Below, piece after piece: positions 10,533-24,000 of a stretch of 64,000 nucleotides of DNA. This stretch comes from Nymphaea colorata (Eukaryota), in assembly GCF_008831285.2 (NCBI RefSeq), contig NC_045138.2, positions 15,128,001-15,192,000 on the forward strand. The letters are read 5' to 3'. The notes beneath the pieces are model-generated. The model was given only the letters and a program-made list of their open reading frames with translations. It did not search any database and was not told where the DNA came from. The position numbers and the translations under genes were made by a program. Positions within the stretch are counted from its first letter, which is position 1. Every line of letters begins with the position of its first letter.

Positions 10533-13500
10533 TATCTTTTTCCATGGCGTCGGTTCGCCTTCTGCGGCTCACACTGTCACTGTTTTCTTGCCGCGGCTAA
10601 CCTTTGTGATGGAAAGTCTTACATATACACACACGAATGGACGCGTGGCTCTGTGTTCTTGGCTCACAACAAAGTGCACGAACCGGTGACTTGGTGGATC
10701 ATCGTCGTCCATGTACGTAGGAAATTGACGTATTAGAAGAGATGAAGGGCATGTTCTGCTTGTTTTGATGTAATGCTTTTGCACCCACGTGTTTATAATG
10801 AGAGAGTCCTGTTCTTGTCAATGGTTTCTCAGCTTCCTATTGCATGCCATCTTTTATTTCAATGAGTGAAGTGATTATTCTAACTTTATATATTACAATT
10901 TACAGTGGATCTCTAGAAATACGTCGTTCTCTTACAGTTCAGTTGGTGTTAGCAGCTTATGTTGCTTAGATTTTCAACGACGGGAGTTCGCATTGCACTG
11001 AATTGCGACAGTGAAGGAAGTTTTAATAATAGGTAAAAACATGCACAAATCTTCCTGTTATAGCAACACTCTTAAATATTTTTATGCCGTTAATTAATTA
11101 GAGATCCTTGAGTTATAGCTGACGAAGAGTTCAGTTAATAAGCATAATGAACAGAATGACTTCATCTTGGATTGTTATGGTGTTCATTAAGTAGTTGTTA
11201 GCCTTTTCCACTGGGTAAGGCATCTCAGGGTGTAATTACTAACTGTGTATGGTAGTTGTATACCTCTTCTTAAGAGGAAAAAGATTGTACATTTGCAAAT
11301 TTAACGGCTGTCTTGGTAGAAATCAGCTCATGAATATTTTTATAAAGTACGAAACACATTATTTTTAATTAACTATGAAAAGTATTTCTAATGTAATATA
11401 AAAATTGTGCGATTATCCTGTATCAAATTTTTCTTGTGTGAGAAAGAGTCTCTATTTTAAAAAATGTTTCTCTCTTTTCTTGTTTCTTGCTTTTGCGTGT
11501 GTACATTTGTAACGAAGGTCGAACTTCTATCAGCAAAATTAAGTTTCATGATCATGGAAAATGAACATGAAGAAGAGAGGGAGAGGGAGAGAGAGCCGAC
11601 AAAAGAGAAATTCATTAATAAAATTAAGGAGAGGAAGATGGAGAAAGAGCCGACAAAATAGGAATTCATTAATAAAATTGAGTGATGAGAAGTCGCCGAA
11701 GAAAACAAACAGTCAACGTAAAGAAAAAAGAAACAAAGAAAACAGCCATCGAACGAAGAAGAAGATAAATATAAATAAGAAGAGAAAGTGATGATGAAAA
11801 GATAATTTGTTGCTCAATGCAAACGCTGGCTAAGGTGAAGTGCTAGATGCACGTCAACTTTCACCAAAAAGCTATGCAGCTGTATCTCTCAATACTCTAT
11901 TGTTGTTCTCCTCTCAAATTCGTCATCAATTAATAAGTCACAACCGCCAATGTCAAGAGCAAGAATGCGAAGGAACAAAGGCAAAAACCAAAAAAAATGA
12001 ACAGGTGACTCTGCAGTCAACTAGAGAGAGAGAGAGAGAGAGAGATTTGCGTCAACGTGCCGATGCTTTCTTTTTTGAGAGAGATTTACGTGAAAGATCA
12101 AAGATGGATCAGAGATGATCGCAGAATCTGTCTTTCGCGTTTATCGATGACAGCAGGAAGAAAAGAAGATTTGCTTTCGATTAATTCCGAGTATCAGAAC
12201 TTCGAGCTCGAACCTAAAATTCCATCACGCCCGCCGCTGCTTCCTCCTGTTCTCAATCTAACACCTCATTAATTTTTTCAGGCAGCTTTTCCATGTTTAA
12301 CTCCACGGCCTCATCGAACTGAACAAAGACGTTCAAAGCTTGAATGCTTTACTGTGGTCTGTAACATTAGTTGATTCAACAATAACCAATCGCTTGGATC
12401 AAACACATACTTAAGATAATGTATCATTTCATACGTGCAATTTGAACACAGTCGTCCAGTACAAAACTTTTTATTGGATCCCATGTCACGTTGATAACTG
12501 CAAAATATGTAGTTTTCTGCCGTTTGGGTCATAAGTGTCCCCCGTTTGGGGCAGTGACCTACAGTTGACGTCACGCATGGGTACAAGATGGAAGGAAGGG
12601 GCAGTTTTAACGGATTATTCTCTGGTGTACGAAGCGAAAGGACGGGAAAGGCGGCATCTCATGGGCTTAGAATTAATGAGGGCATTTCGGTAAATGAAAG
12701 AAGTCCGAGCATCCCATAATTAGGAAGAGGGGCGGATCGGCATCTCGGATTCGTGTTTGCAAGGCGACGGCGGGACAGTTGGCCGAGGGTCAGATCCGGA
12801 TCCTGATGTTTGATTGAAACCTTTGGGGTCCAATCCGTAATCATCATCACAGGATCTCCATGGACTTGGGCAGAGATAAAATTAAACAAGATGGGAGGCG
12901 CGTCAGCGGGGGAGGGAGAATGTGACGGCTACCGAGTTCGGATCGAACTGAATCCGAAATCCTATCTTAAAGATTGGTTCACATCAGTAGAATCTGCCTT
13001 AAAAAAAAAGTGAATATGTTTATGGGACAGTAATTTTAGTGTTTCGTGAATTTATTTCAGAATATCAACCTTGAATGAGATATTGTGAGAGTGTACCGTG
13101 AATGTAATCAAAGATATGTTCATTTGATACTAGTTTTAATGTTTTATGAATCTATCTTATTCTTACATAAAACACACTCATAAGTTCTTCCTGCCAAACG
13201 GCTTCTACTTGGAGGCAGCGATCAACTTCGTCGTCGTCTTCTCTTTATCCTCTTTATTAGTTCAACGTATCATGCATTGAGCAGCTGCTTTGTGGTGGTA
13301 ATCATTTGCTGCCGATATCTTTTTCTCGAAATCGATTCCCTTTGAGAACCTATCTCGGAATAGCTGTCCATGTCTAAATTGATCGGTGGTGGATTGCATT
13401 GAATGGCGTGGTGCCAAGCGCTGGGCTTTGGATTTAAATACCTTGATTTATCTCCATCTGATTCGTATTGCCAGTTTTTCCCTTCTTTTTAACGCGATTC

Positions 13501-13899
13501 GATTCAGAAAGTACTGTTCCCCAAACCTTGCCAGTTGCATGAACAGTTCCCAGACGACTTTGTGAAGACACCATCGTTTCGTGGTAACAAGAGGTTGATG
13601 AAGCTCTTTCTCTTTCTTTACCTCTAAGATCTACAGAACTTACTACTTTCTTCGACCAGAGTCTGTCATCTTTTGTAGTCTAAAGAAATAATAAAGATGA
13701 TAATTGAATTGATGACTAGAACCTCTCATACTCAACCGATTGCAGAAGAACGAGCGAGCTGTCAAAAAATTTAGCTTTGAATGAATGGCAACGAATCAAT
13801 TTTTATTTTCTATCTTTTAAAATATTTTTATTTTCTTTATCTTCAAAACAAGGTTAAATATTCTTTTTCTTTTCTTTTATTTTTTTTTTGTGTTGCGAG

Positions 13900-14261
13900 T
13901 AGACCTGAGCAACGGGTTGGGTACCCATGGAGTAACCGAGTACTCGGCCCGGTAGGATCTGGGCCTGATGTACGGCTTGGCCCAGCCCGATCTAACCCGT
14001 TTATAATTAAAAAAATAATTTTCTAATTTTTTTAAAATTTAGTAATACTTATTTTATTAGTAAAAATATATTTTATATTAATAAAAATTTATTTTATAAT
14101 TAAAAAATATTTTTTATTACCAAACAAACCGGGCCGAGCCGGGTCGGGGTCGGGCCGTGGCCGGGACCCGAGCTATCGGGCCAGGTTTCGAGACCGACGA
14201 GCCGACCGGGGCAGGGTTTTACAAGGCCGAGCGGCCAGGCCCGACCGGTTGCCCAGGTGCA
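13900..14261. mobile_element. Non-autonomous hAT-like MITE (about 360 bp)
   Basis: Imperfect terminal inverted repeats: left TAGACCTGAGCAACGGGTTGGG, right CCCGACCGGTTGCCCAGGTGCA. GC-rich subterminal regions with many GGCCC/CCCGA motifs around an extremely AT-rich core. Flanks GTTGCGAG/ATGGCAAG could be a decayed 8-bp TSD (5/8). Confidence 0.7.
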
Positions 14262-15417
14262 ATGGCAAGTAAACTTGAATGAATGGGGACCAATCAATAT
14301 TTTTTTTTTCTATCTTCTAAAATATTTTTTTGTTTTTTATAGATTTTCAACCGATTCAACTAAATCGAATTTTCAACAAAATCAATGACGACAAGTCAGA
14401 AAGGAAAAGGACCCTTTGACACCAACTTAGGATGAAGGAGGATAAGAATACCGTGTAAGAAACACTGTTGTCTTCACAAAAACAAATATACATTATTATA
14501 ATTAAAAATAAATGAAGAGAATGCCCCTGGATAACGAACAGTCATAAACCACAAATAGTGCTTAACATGTTTGTAGACCCGTAGATTTTTTTAGCGGTTG
14601 TTTAAAGTGGATTCCACTTGCTTTTCAACTATTTTTCTCTTAAGAAAAAGAATCCAATTAAGGGCTTATCTTTCATGTACAGTCTCAAAACGGGTCGTAT
14701 ATGTCTGAATTTCATCGCCTGTTTCTGCTTCAAAACTATGTTAAATATTCATTTATGCAGAATAAATGGATGGTGGTATTTGTCTCAATTATATAAAAGT
14801 GAACATGCATTCTTCAGTTTGAAAGGAAAATGTGATAGGATACAAAATTTTCGATTTGCCAAATTAATGGCATTTCAGGCTTTGATTAGGTTAGGTAGTT
14901 GTCTGTCAAACTGCTTTCAGATATTTAAAAATTCAAAAATGTGAGGCCGTTTTGAAAAAAGTCGACCGGTACATGATATTTCCTTTCTATTATTCACGTA
15001 ATTAGCACTACAGGTTAGAAAAACAGAGCTTCTTAATCTGATTACATCAACATTAAGGATGGAAATTTATAGTGAAGAAACGCTTAACCATGCTTGCTTC
15101 TTCCTGGGGAGAGAATCCTGCTTCGGGCGATGGTTACTTGTGAAACAAGGTGCCATAATCAACCTGTGGATTATATGTCACACTACATCGATAGATTCCA
15201 TCATCTTCTTTGTCAGCCAGAATTGACGTCTTCAGTATACCAGCGAACTATGCCATATGATTTCAGAAATCCTGCACTTCCAAACCATGTGCTCCCTTTC
15301 TTCCCAAAGCCAACTTATGGTGTCGCCTTTCATTTTAATTCTCCTCCACACCACCCTTTCTGTCCATACCCATCTCATTCCTTCCAAATATTTCTCCTCT
15401 TGGTTTCCAAAAGCTTC

Positions 15418-16248
15418 ATGCCATTTGAACAAGGGCAGATCCAGAAGCAAGCGAACAGCCCGATGAAGCAGAGCAGCAGCCCACTGCAAGGTACTGTAAT
15501 CTCTGCCGGCCAACAGCACAACCATCAAGTGTACCGTGATCCCTGTGTTGACTACGATGTTGAATCCAACAGCAGCCATGGCCGCATCCTCAGCCTCTTG
15601 CTCAAGTTTGTCATTGCCTTCTCTGTCATCCTCTGCTTTAGTGATCTGATTGGCCTGTTCCTTCTCAAACCAGCCATGGTTGAGGTCAGGTTTGAGAAGG
15701 CATCACTAACAAAGTTCAGCTTCACCAACAAGAACATCCTGAATTTCGATCTTGCGTTGGATGTTAGAGTGAGGAACCCCAACAAGAAAATTGGCATCTA
15801 TTATGAAAGCCTTGAAGCAGTTGCATTCTACGAGGGCGAGCGGCTCGGGGCGGTTTCGGTGCCGAGTTTCTACCAAGAGCCCGAAAACACGACGTATGTT
15901 CACCCTGTATTTCGGGGCCAATTCCCGGCCGGTCGCGGTTATGGCGTTTTCCGGGATTATATTTTAGGGAGACATCAAGGTTGGTTTGAAGCTGAGGTTA
16001 AGTTTTTCACCAAGTTGTGGCTGAAGATAGGGCCTCTGAATGGAGAGAGATATGAACCAGAGTTCACTTGCCCTTTGTTGGTTCGTTTGGGCTCTGTAAC
16101 TCCATTAAGAAATGCAGAGCTCAAATGGTCAAGATGTGAGGCTGAATTTCACCCTCTGAGTTTTTCCCCGCAGATTCTAAATTATGTCGTCCCCTTCACT
16201 TTGGTTGTATTATATTTGTTGGTACTAGTTTTTGTACATTTTGTCTGA
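15418..16248 (+). CDS. NDR1/HIN1-like (NHL, LEA_2 domain) membrane protein, about 276 aa, intronless
   Basis: Within ORF 15094-16248: transmembrane segment LLLKFVIAFSVILCFSDLIGLFLL, KP..VRFEKASLTKFSF, the signature VRVRNPNKKIGIYYE, PSFYQ..NTT, and two late Cys. Start codon uncertain; ATG 15418 preferred because upstream codons look like leader sequence. Confidence 0.88.
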   Translation: MPFEQGQIQKQANSPMKQSSSPLQGTVISAGQQHNHQVYRDPCVDYDVESNSSHGRILSLLLKFVIAFSVILCFSDLIGLFLLKPAMVEVRFEKASLTKFSFTNKNILNFDLALDVRVRNPNKKIGIYYESLEAVAFYEGERLGAVSVPSFYQEPENTTYVHPVFRGQFPAGRGYGVFRDYILGRHQGWFEAEVKFFTKLWLKIGPLNGERYEPEFTCPLLVRLGSVTPLRNAELKWSRCEAEFHPLSFSPQILNYVVPFTLVVLYLLVLVFVHFV

Positions 16249-19200
16249 TTCAGTTTTTGAGCAAAAACGAAACTGCTTATGTCGCTAAAGATAGAGTTTT
16301 CCTGACAATGGTTCGTCCGCTTTTCTTATTTCCTGTCAATGGTTCGTCTTCCTTTCTTAATGCAAGAAAAGCAAACACGACGAAGACAAATGATGAAAAA
16401 TGCTACTTCTTTTGAATAATGTGCTGTTTATGGCCTTCGGCTTCTTCTTTTGTTCTGTTTATTCTTTGGTAAGAAACTCTGTTTATTCTTTTGGCAAGAA
16501 ACTCTGGTTATTCTTTGGAAGATACTGTAAACGGCTGTTCTTCTCAACAGAAGAATGGGGAATCTATCCAAGTGGGTGAGTTTTGAATGTAAACTGCCAA
16601 GGAAGATGAAGAAACTTCTGGTCCAAATAAACAGAGATGGATCAAATGCCCATTCTCTTCACACTTGAGGTTCATTTTATGTTTAGTACTTTGAACTGCA
16701 ACCCATTTAAACTGATCAGGAACAAAACTAGCACAACTGGAAAGAAACCATTTGGATACACTTATAGGGCCGCAAGCATGTCAGATGCAGATCAGAACCA
16801 AGCTACCAAAGAGAGCTCTCAAGTGGCAAAGCAGCTCTAACTTAATTTGTTCAATATCAGGTCCTTACATGAACTGAATCCAAACTAGTTAGGTTTTTCT
16901 GTTTTCTTCTCCGATTTCTGATTTTTATTCGAAGACATAATTTTAAGGAGTGGCAGAGCCATAAATCTCTAAAAGAATGATAATAATAATAAATTAAGTT
17001 TTTATGTATAAATAAATCAAATTCTATGAACAGCCGCAATGTAGCTCCGCCATTGGTTTAGAGTTTTTGGGTTCGTCATCTGTGATGCAACCAATGGGTT
17101 CATTGTGTACGATCAACCAAAACGAATTCTCTTCATTGAGAGAATAAATCAACGGTTGACACTTTAAATATCGCCGTTTTGGAAATATGGAAGTTTTATA
17201 TAAATTACTATGGGCCATATGATCGAATTAATGAAGTTCACGTGCTATCGTCATTTAAAAAAAAATAATCCTCTAAAAGGACAGATAACAACATGACATT
17301 TGGCTTCGTGATTTTTTTTTTTTTAAATGGGCACTTGGTTGTCGAGTCAACCGATTATATCTGAAGATATTTTTCAGTTTCCTGCTTCTCATACTGTGGG
17401 TGATATAGTTAGGGACGTACAAGTATATCGTACTACTATCACGATTTTGAATCCGTTTAGTCGAATCCAGGAAGGAAATTTGAGTCTGAGTAATAATCCA
17501 AATAATATCCAACTAAAATTCGATAAAGATCTAGATAGATAGATTAATGGCAGATCTTATGCCAGCCTAATCAAAATCCGTGTTTTAAATCATATTCAGT
17601 TGCATAGAATCCATATAATTAATTGTGAGGGGATTGTATCATATTTAAGCGAAGACCAACATGAAGTTTGAAGACGAACAAGTTCTCGGGTAGAATTATT
17701 TGTGAATTGTTGGTTCCATTGGCTGCTGGAGAAGATGGTTTTAGCAGAACCAAGTGCGATCTTCACGTTCTGTAACTGTGGTGTTTGTTCTTCTGCTTTT
17801 TTTTTTTTTTCCATCTGTTCTTTGTCAGATATGCTATTTTCCATTGAACCAGTGGGGTTGAAAGCCCAAAAGGGCCGATCAAAGCTGTCATGTTCAGGCA
17901 CTGGTGTCCATCACATGGGTTTTGCAAATTCCCTGCCTAAGCTAAGAATTCTTTTTCTACCTTCTCTTCACCTTTTTCTGTGTCGACTTCCAGAATTTGC
18001 GTATGTGGAAATTGCGAGTTCATGATATAAAATTATCAAGTCATTGATTATAAATCCTATCTGCTTTGCTCTCTTGAGGGAGAGACAAAGAGAGAGAGTT
18101 AGAAAACGAGTTTTGTTCTTCAAAAAAACTTAAAATACTCGATAAAGACTTCATATCCTTAGACAGTTAATATCCCAGTAGCTTTGCTCCGTTTATACAT
18201 AGTTCCTGCGAAAGAAACGCATATCTTTCCAGACAACCTGGCTTTGTATAGTTAAGAAACGAGTTTTTTCTTTGAGTAAAATAAGAAAGGTAGTCAACAA
18301 GGACTTTATGCATATATAAAAAATACGAATGAATTGACGCAATGACAAGTCATCGTCAATGGAAAAAGATATACGCAGATTTCTTTTCCAAGGCCGACCT
18401 CTTGTTACAAGCCAGGATTTACACCTTTGGGACTCGATGTACAGTGAGGAGTTTGAATGCTTCAAGGCAAAAACAATATTAAATGCAATTCAACATAAAA
18501 TTCGGTGGAATCATCCAAGGGAAAATTGGTGGTGGTGTTTTATTCATGAGAATTTTACCTAAAAACCAACGTTTCCTTCGTTGGCATGATCCAATAGCAA
18601 TCTGTCTTTCACATTCTTGACCTTCCCACAGAGAAGGCAGGGTCATCCCTTTTGCAAATTGTGAAGGGGACAAATTTTGGCCAAGGATTTAGATCCATAT
18701 TCATGAGAGAAGCATCTGCTTGATAATGCATTCACTTTCTTTTCGAATGGCAGGTCTACAAAATTGTAATGGCATTGGATATCAGTTTCTTCATGTTCTA
18801 CTACATAACAACAACAATAATAATAAGTCTTACCAATTTTTTCCAAGCCTTATGTCTAAAGATTTTAATTTTCAACTTCGCGCTATTGATGAATTACTCT
18901 CTTTCCTTTGGGTGCGCCGGAGCTGCCTGAATATGGGCTGAAGCCGTGTCTCCTCTCTGCTTGAGGAGTACAGGATAGCTTTGGGATCTCAGGTGGACTA
19001 TGGCGCCTTTATCAACTTGAGTGCTGGGTGCTGCAACTATTTGCACTCCTCAGAAATCAAACCTGGTTATATGCGCTATAAATTTGTATGCCAGTTAATG
19101 ATTAAAATATCCTTATTAAAAATGAAATTTTTTTGTAAAGATAAATTGAAAATTAAAAAAAAAAAAGTAAAAAGATTATAAAAGACCTTTCTTTTTAATA

Positions 19201-21003
19201 AATTACCAAACTATCCTTCCTTCCTCTAACAGTACTGTGCGCGCTGCACACACGACTATCTCTCTTGCGAAATAGCATGGAATTGATGACGCGCGCCTTA
19301 TATGTGCTGCCACACCCGTTAGGGCATTACTCCCTTTCCTTTACAAAAATAAGATCACTAAAGCAAATGTTGCCTACGCTCCATCGCAGAGTATACCCTT
19401 AACAAGGCATGTCTATGTCAAGTTACTGAGATCTAATTATGAAAATCTAGCTCTTAGCAATTTCTGCAACCTTTACTATAGGAATTAAATTGTGCTTGAC
19501 TATCTCTACTACTTCGCATGAACTCGGGGTAAAAGTTTTGTAAGTAGTCATGTTGTTAATGCAATTCCCTATTATATAAGTTGTCTAATTCGTTTTTACA
19601 TAGTTGACACTATCCATAACCTCTAACTTAACACCAAAGAAGAGTTCAATCCGATTTTTTTTAATCTGTTATCCCGTTGATCATAGTTTGGCATTAGAAT
19701 ATATTTATTGAAAGATCAAGGATTTGAAGAAGAAAGTCATTTGCCATCCCGGTGTTTAACTTTAATTGCCTAGTTCACAACTTTGCAGACTTGAGTGATT
19801 TTTGAATCGTCGGGAAGCTAACATATTTGCGTTAAAACTTTAGTTTAAAGCTGAAGATAAATTAGAGTTAAATGTGTGGTAAAGAGGAGAGTGGATTTTC
19901 TACTGGCTTTTGGACTCAACTAAATTTGCGGGGCTCCCGTGCCGGGCCGTTGTAAAATGGGAATGCCTAAAATTGATCATCACAAGATCTTTGGCCATCT
20001 CGGGAAGGATCAAAGTGGTCTTATGAGCATAAATTCGTAGTGGTTACATAAATATATGGATTCTACTCCCGAGAAGGGGTTTGGGGGTGTTTAGTATTGG
20101 CGAATCATGGAATTTAGGAAGGATTGATAGTAGTCAGTTAGATAATGATTTAACATCGAAGACTGATATGATGACTTATGCCTTCTGGTCTGGTATAATG
20201 GCACGTAGTTGGTACACATTTTTTATAGGCGCTACTGGCATTGAAAGATGTTGATATTGGGTTGAGGGGCACTGAATGTGGTTTGCGCATCTCCATATAA
20301 CTGAAATTGTACATGAACCACCATTTTCTGCCAATCATTTACAAAATCGTCTCCATACAGTCAATCAATACCATTTAAGATGTATGAATAGAGACTTGAA
20401 TCGTTCAAATTTGATGAGAAACGCAGATTTCATGAATGTTTAAACTTTAAATACAGAAGCATCGAACCACTGATGTTGTTCGCTCGCGCAGAGGAATCTG
20501 ACGATCTACAGGTCAGTTCTTGTGCGATCAGGCAGTTGGATTGTGTCTATGTTTTTAGAATTCGTGGAAAAGCTTCAAGCAGTGAAAGTGGCTAATTGTA
20601 CACACGGCTGCTCACAGCTCAGCTGAGTTCTCTTTCTATTATGAAAGTGGACTTATGTTGGTGAAAAAGCTCGGACTTCAGATGTGACTCCTGGTTTCAG
20701 GTTAGTTTTTGTTACATTGTCAGATCCTCTGTCAAAAGTTGAACTGAAAATGCCTGTAAGGCACCAAAACTTTCCTTGGTTAACAGAAGCTCACAACATA
20801 CACACAAAAAAGCCAGAACAATTAAAAAAAAAAAGCAAAAATTATTCATGGTATGGTCCAGCACTACAATGAATCATGAAAACTACACAAAGAAAGCACA
20901 ATCCGCATATGCTGCAACACAATGCCATGTAAGAGAATACATACAATTTTACAGCTTAATATGCTTGCGTAGTCCCAAGCTCATGTCCCACCCATCACAT
21001 TGA

Positions 21004-24000
21004 TCACGAGCTTGAAGGATCCAAACCCAACTCTTTTCTGGTTTTTCCGACAAATAAATCCTTAGATTTATAATATCCTGGAATGTACCCAACGGTTGTA
21101 AGGAAAGGTAACTGAGCAATAGCTTGTTTCCTCCCAAGGGACACAATGGCATTTGCCGAACCCTGTTTGTATCGGTAGAGTTCACTTTCACTTCTTCCCT
21201 CCAGCAGCAGTTTCAGGTTCTTGGCAGCCAGCAATGCATGCTTGCGAGCAATGTATCCTTGCTTCATTTCCTGTGTGATACAAGCAAATGTCAAAGATTT
21301 TGATTTAGCTATGAGCCAGGCGTCCGATTTCACTATGAACCGTGCAAATTTTCCCTGCCGTTTTCTTTCTTCCCTTTCCCTTTCAGGACTAGACTATGCA
21401 CAGAAACAACTGTCAAGCTCATGGGGTTATTCAGCAAGTTTCCAAGTACCAAAACATGCTGCCTAAAAGTAAAAAAATAAACATTACTAAGAAGTATTTC
21501 CGGCGACAACATTTTATATCATCAGATGTTGTTGAAGCAAAAATTGAAAGGTTATAGGTTGTTGTAGCCTAAGAAGCCATAGTAAGGTTTGCCAAATGAC
21601 GAAGTGTGAAAATGCGTGCCAGTGCGCGTGACGTCCATAATTTACTAACTGTATGTTCACCGTACCACTGGCAAACATGAGAACATGGTCATATCGTGAA
21701 CTATAACCTATTTGTGCTTGAATAAACCCTTGGATAGCTCACGTGATGGACTGCTTTGTACTTGTGAGAAGGAAGACTAGATCGGGTGAATGAAACGTAA
21801 ATGAAATAGGCAGACCTGAAATTTATGAGGCTATAAGGTGTAAACATTCGAATCAAAGAATGGAATAGGGCGGTGTGGATGAATGATGCAATTTCTATAG
21901 CTAAATGGTTCGTATTTTTGGCATGTAGGGGCATAATCTTGACCTTGGAGGGGCTCCAACGTTTTAGTCTTGCCGTGGCCAATCGCTGCATTTTGTTAAA
22001 ATCGAAGGGGAGTTTGTTTCTTTATCTGGCTTGTTTCTGTCAGGCAGCCAAAACAATATAGAAGTTTATGGGTGATAAATACAAACACTTCTACGCCCGA
22101 TGCTGTCGATTAAGAGCTAATGGAGATTTGGTCGAGTGCATCATTTCCCAGGGCACTAATGTGTTGGAAAGCTTTTATTTCCCCACGTTATTTGGAAGAT
22201 CTGGCCGTACAGGAACTCGCTCCTTTTGTGATAGGAACCAGTATGTAGTGGATAATAAGTACTTTTGGGTCACATAAGGAGTACAAACATTAGTCCATGT
22301 GTTTAAATGCATGCATGACGAGCATATTTTGGATGTGTAGACCTGTTACCAATATGCATATTTATTTTAATGCTCACTGGTCTAACATTATCTTATACTC
22401 ATAGCGTCTGAGATGATGATAAAAAGTAATACGAAATAATGATTAGGTATAAAATAATATGTATAAGATAAATGATAAAAAGTAATACGAAATAATGATT
22501 AGGTATAAAATAATATGTATAAGATAACAAAAGATGGATGAGATAACACTAAACAAAAGGTATAAGATAACAAAAGAAGTATGAAATAATGATAGATGTA
22601 TGAGATAATGTTAAACAAATGTATAAAATGTATAAGATAATGTTATGAGCAGGACAAAAAAATAAAAACATTTTTTCGTTGTTCATTGGATTATATTAGT
22701 CATAATGATATGCATAATCCATTTTTTTGCAGTTTTCTGTTATCTCTACAAAAAATTCCTTTTGAAACATGTTTATTGTTATTAAAATGACCCATGAAAA
22801 ATTCATATAACCAACTTCATTTTTTTTCACCCTCTCAATGTTCAATGAAAAGTCAAAGATAATAATTACCCGGATATCGGTGATGTCTCCAATAGCAAAT
22901 ATGTTTTTCTTGCCCGCAACTCTTAAGTGTTCATCAACCATCAACTGCCCGCGCTCGTTCAGACAGTCCTGTAATATACCGTCTGTTAACCACGAAGACC
23001 CGAGGCCCTTCCCAATGCAATTGAACCAGCAGTCTACCCTAACTTTAACACCTTCACTTGTAACAAATTCGGTTTGCGCATCATCAAGCTGCTCTAAACG
23101 TATCTCTTGGTTAAATAAAACCTGCACTTTCCTTGACGTCAGCCAGGCCAACGCTTTCTCTGAAGCCTTTGGGCCAATAAATTCCAGTAGTCTATATCCT
23201 TTATGAACTATAGTAATGTGCTTCTCCGGGAAGTCAACGGCAATCTCAGCGGCGAGTTCCACACCAGTCGGCCCACCACCAACAATCAAAATAGAGCTTG
23301 ATGCTCTGATCTTTTCATAGGCTGCCATAGGGACATAGAAAAGGTTCATAATTACCATACGAATAGAGCCACAAAATTCAGGTAAAATTATAAATTTGAT
23401 TCATTAAACTATAGAAAAGGAATATAGACCCATTGAAAAGGATAGATCAAAGACAATTTTCTTGGGGTTTTGATTTCATAACAGTCATGAGATTCTGAGA
23501 AGGCTCTAGCCCTTTATGAAGAAGCATATCAATATTTTTAAAACAGAAAATGGCATACAACGACAGTGGAACAACAACCTATAGTACAAACCTGTTCAGC
23601 TAGCTCTCAAGTCAATCGACGCTTTCGGGTAATAAACTGTCTTGTTTTTACCGTATGTATGACTAAGGCAGTAAGTAGACAAGTATTATGGCATCCATCA
23701 TGTTAAACACTATGAGTATATTATTTTAAGACTCGTGTTTTACCATTCAACGTGCAAAGGTATACTACTAGCCCTTGTTTTTACAGTAGAAACGTAAGAG
23801 GAATCTCACAGTGCAATTCATATTTTGGTTTTCTTGATGTATTGGAGGTGAAAGCAAATGCCATAATATGCGAAAATAGTTCATTTCAAATAGATCGATC
23901 TATAATATTCACTATGAGCCCGTTTCATCTAATCATTCTCAAGGTAAGGTAAGCTCCATGAAAAGGTATACTACTAGCCCTCTAATGGTGACTGACCATC

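Noticed and set aside
11085..11105. TTAATTAATTA downstream of the CLE gene as a WUSCHEL-binding 3' module like that of CLV3
   Set aside because: TAAT cores are ubiquitous in AT-rich DNA and cannot be supported without conservation or binding data.
15094..15417. 108-codon N-terminal extension of the NHL ORF
   Set aside because: It starts on TTG, shows no recognisable motif and reads like promoter/leader. Internal ATGs cannot be excluded but are unsupported.
16290..16520. Short 24-31-bp tandem repeats after the NHL stop, considered as a CRISPR-like or regular array
   Set aside because: Only 2-3 adjacent copies with no unique spacers; ordinary slippage duplications in a eukaryotic 3' region.
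18190..18950. Several overlapping short ORFs, possibly a retroelement relic
   Set aside because: No diagnostic RT, integrase or gag motif could be read in any frame.
19995..20080. Imperfect inverted repeat TCTCGGGA...TCCCGAGA as a miRNA precursor
   Set aside because: Stem too short and irregular, and no known mature miRNA recognised.
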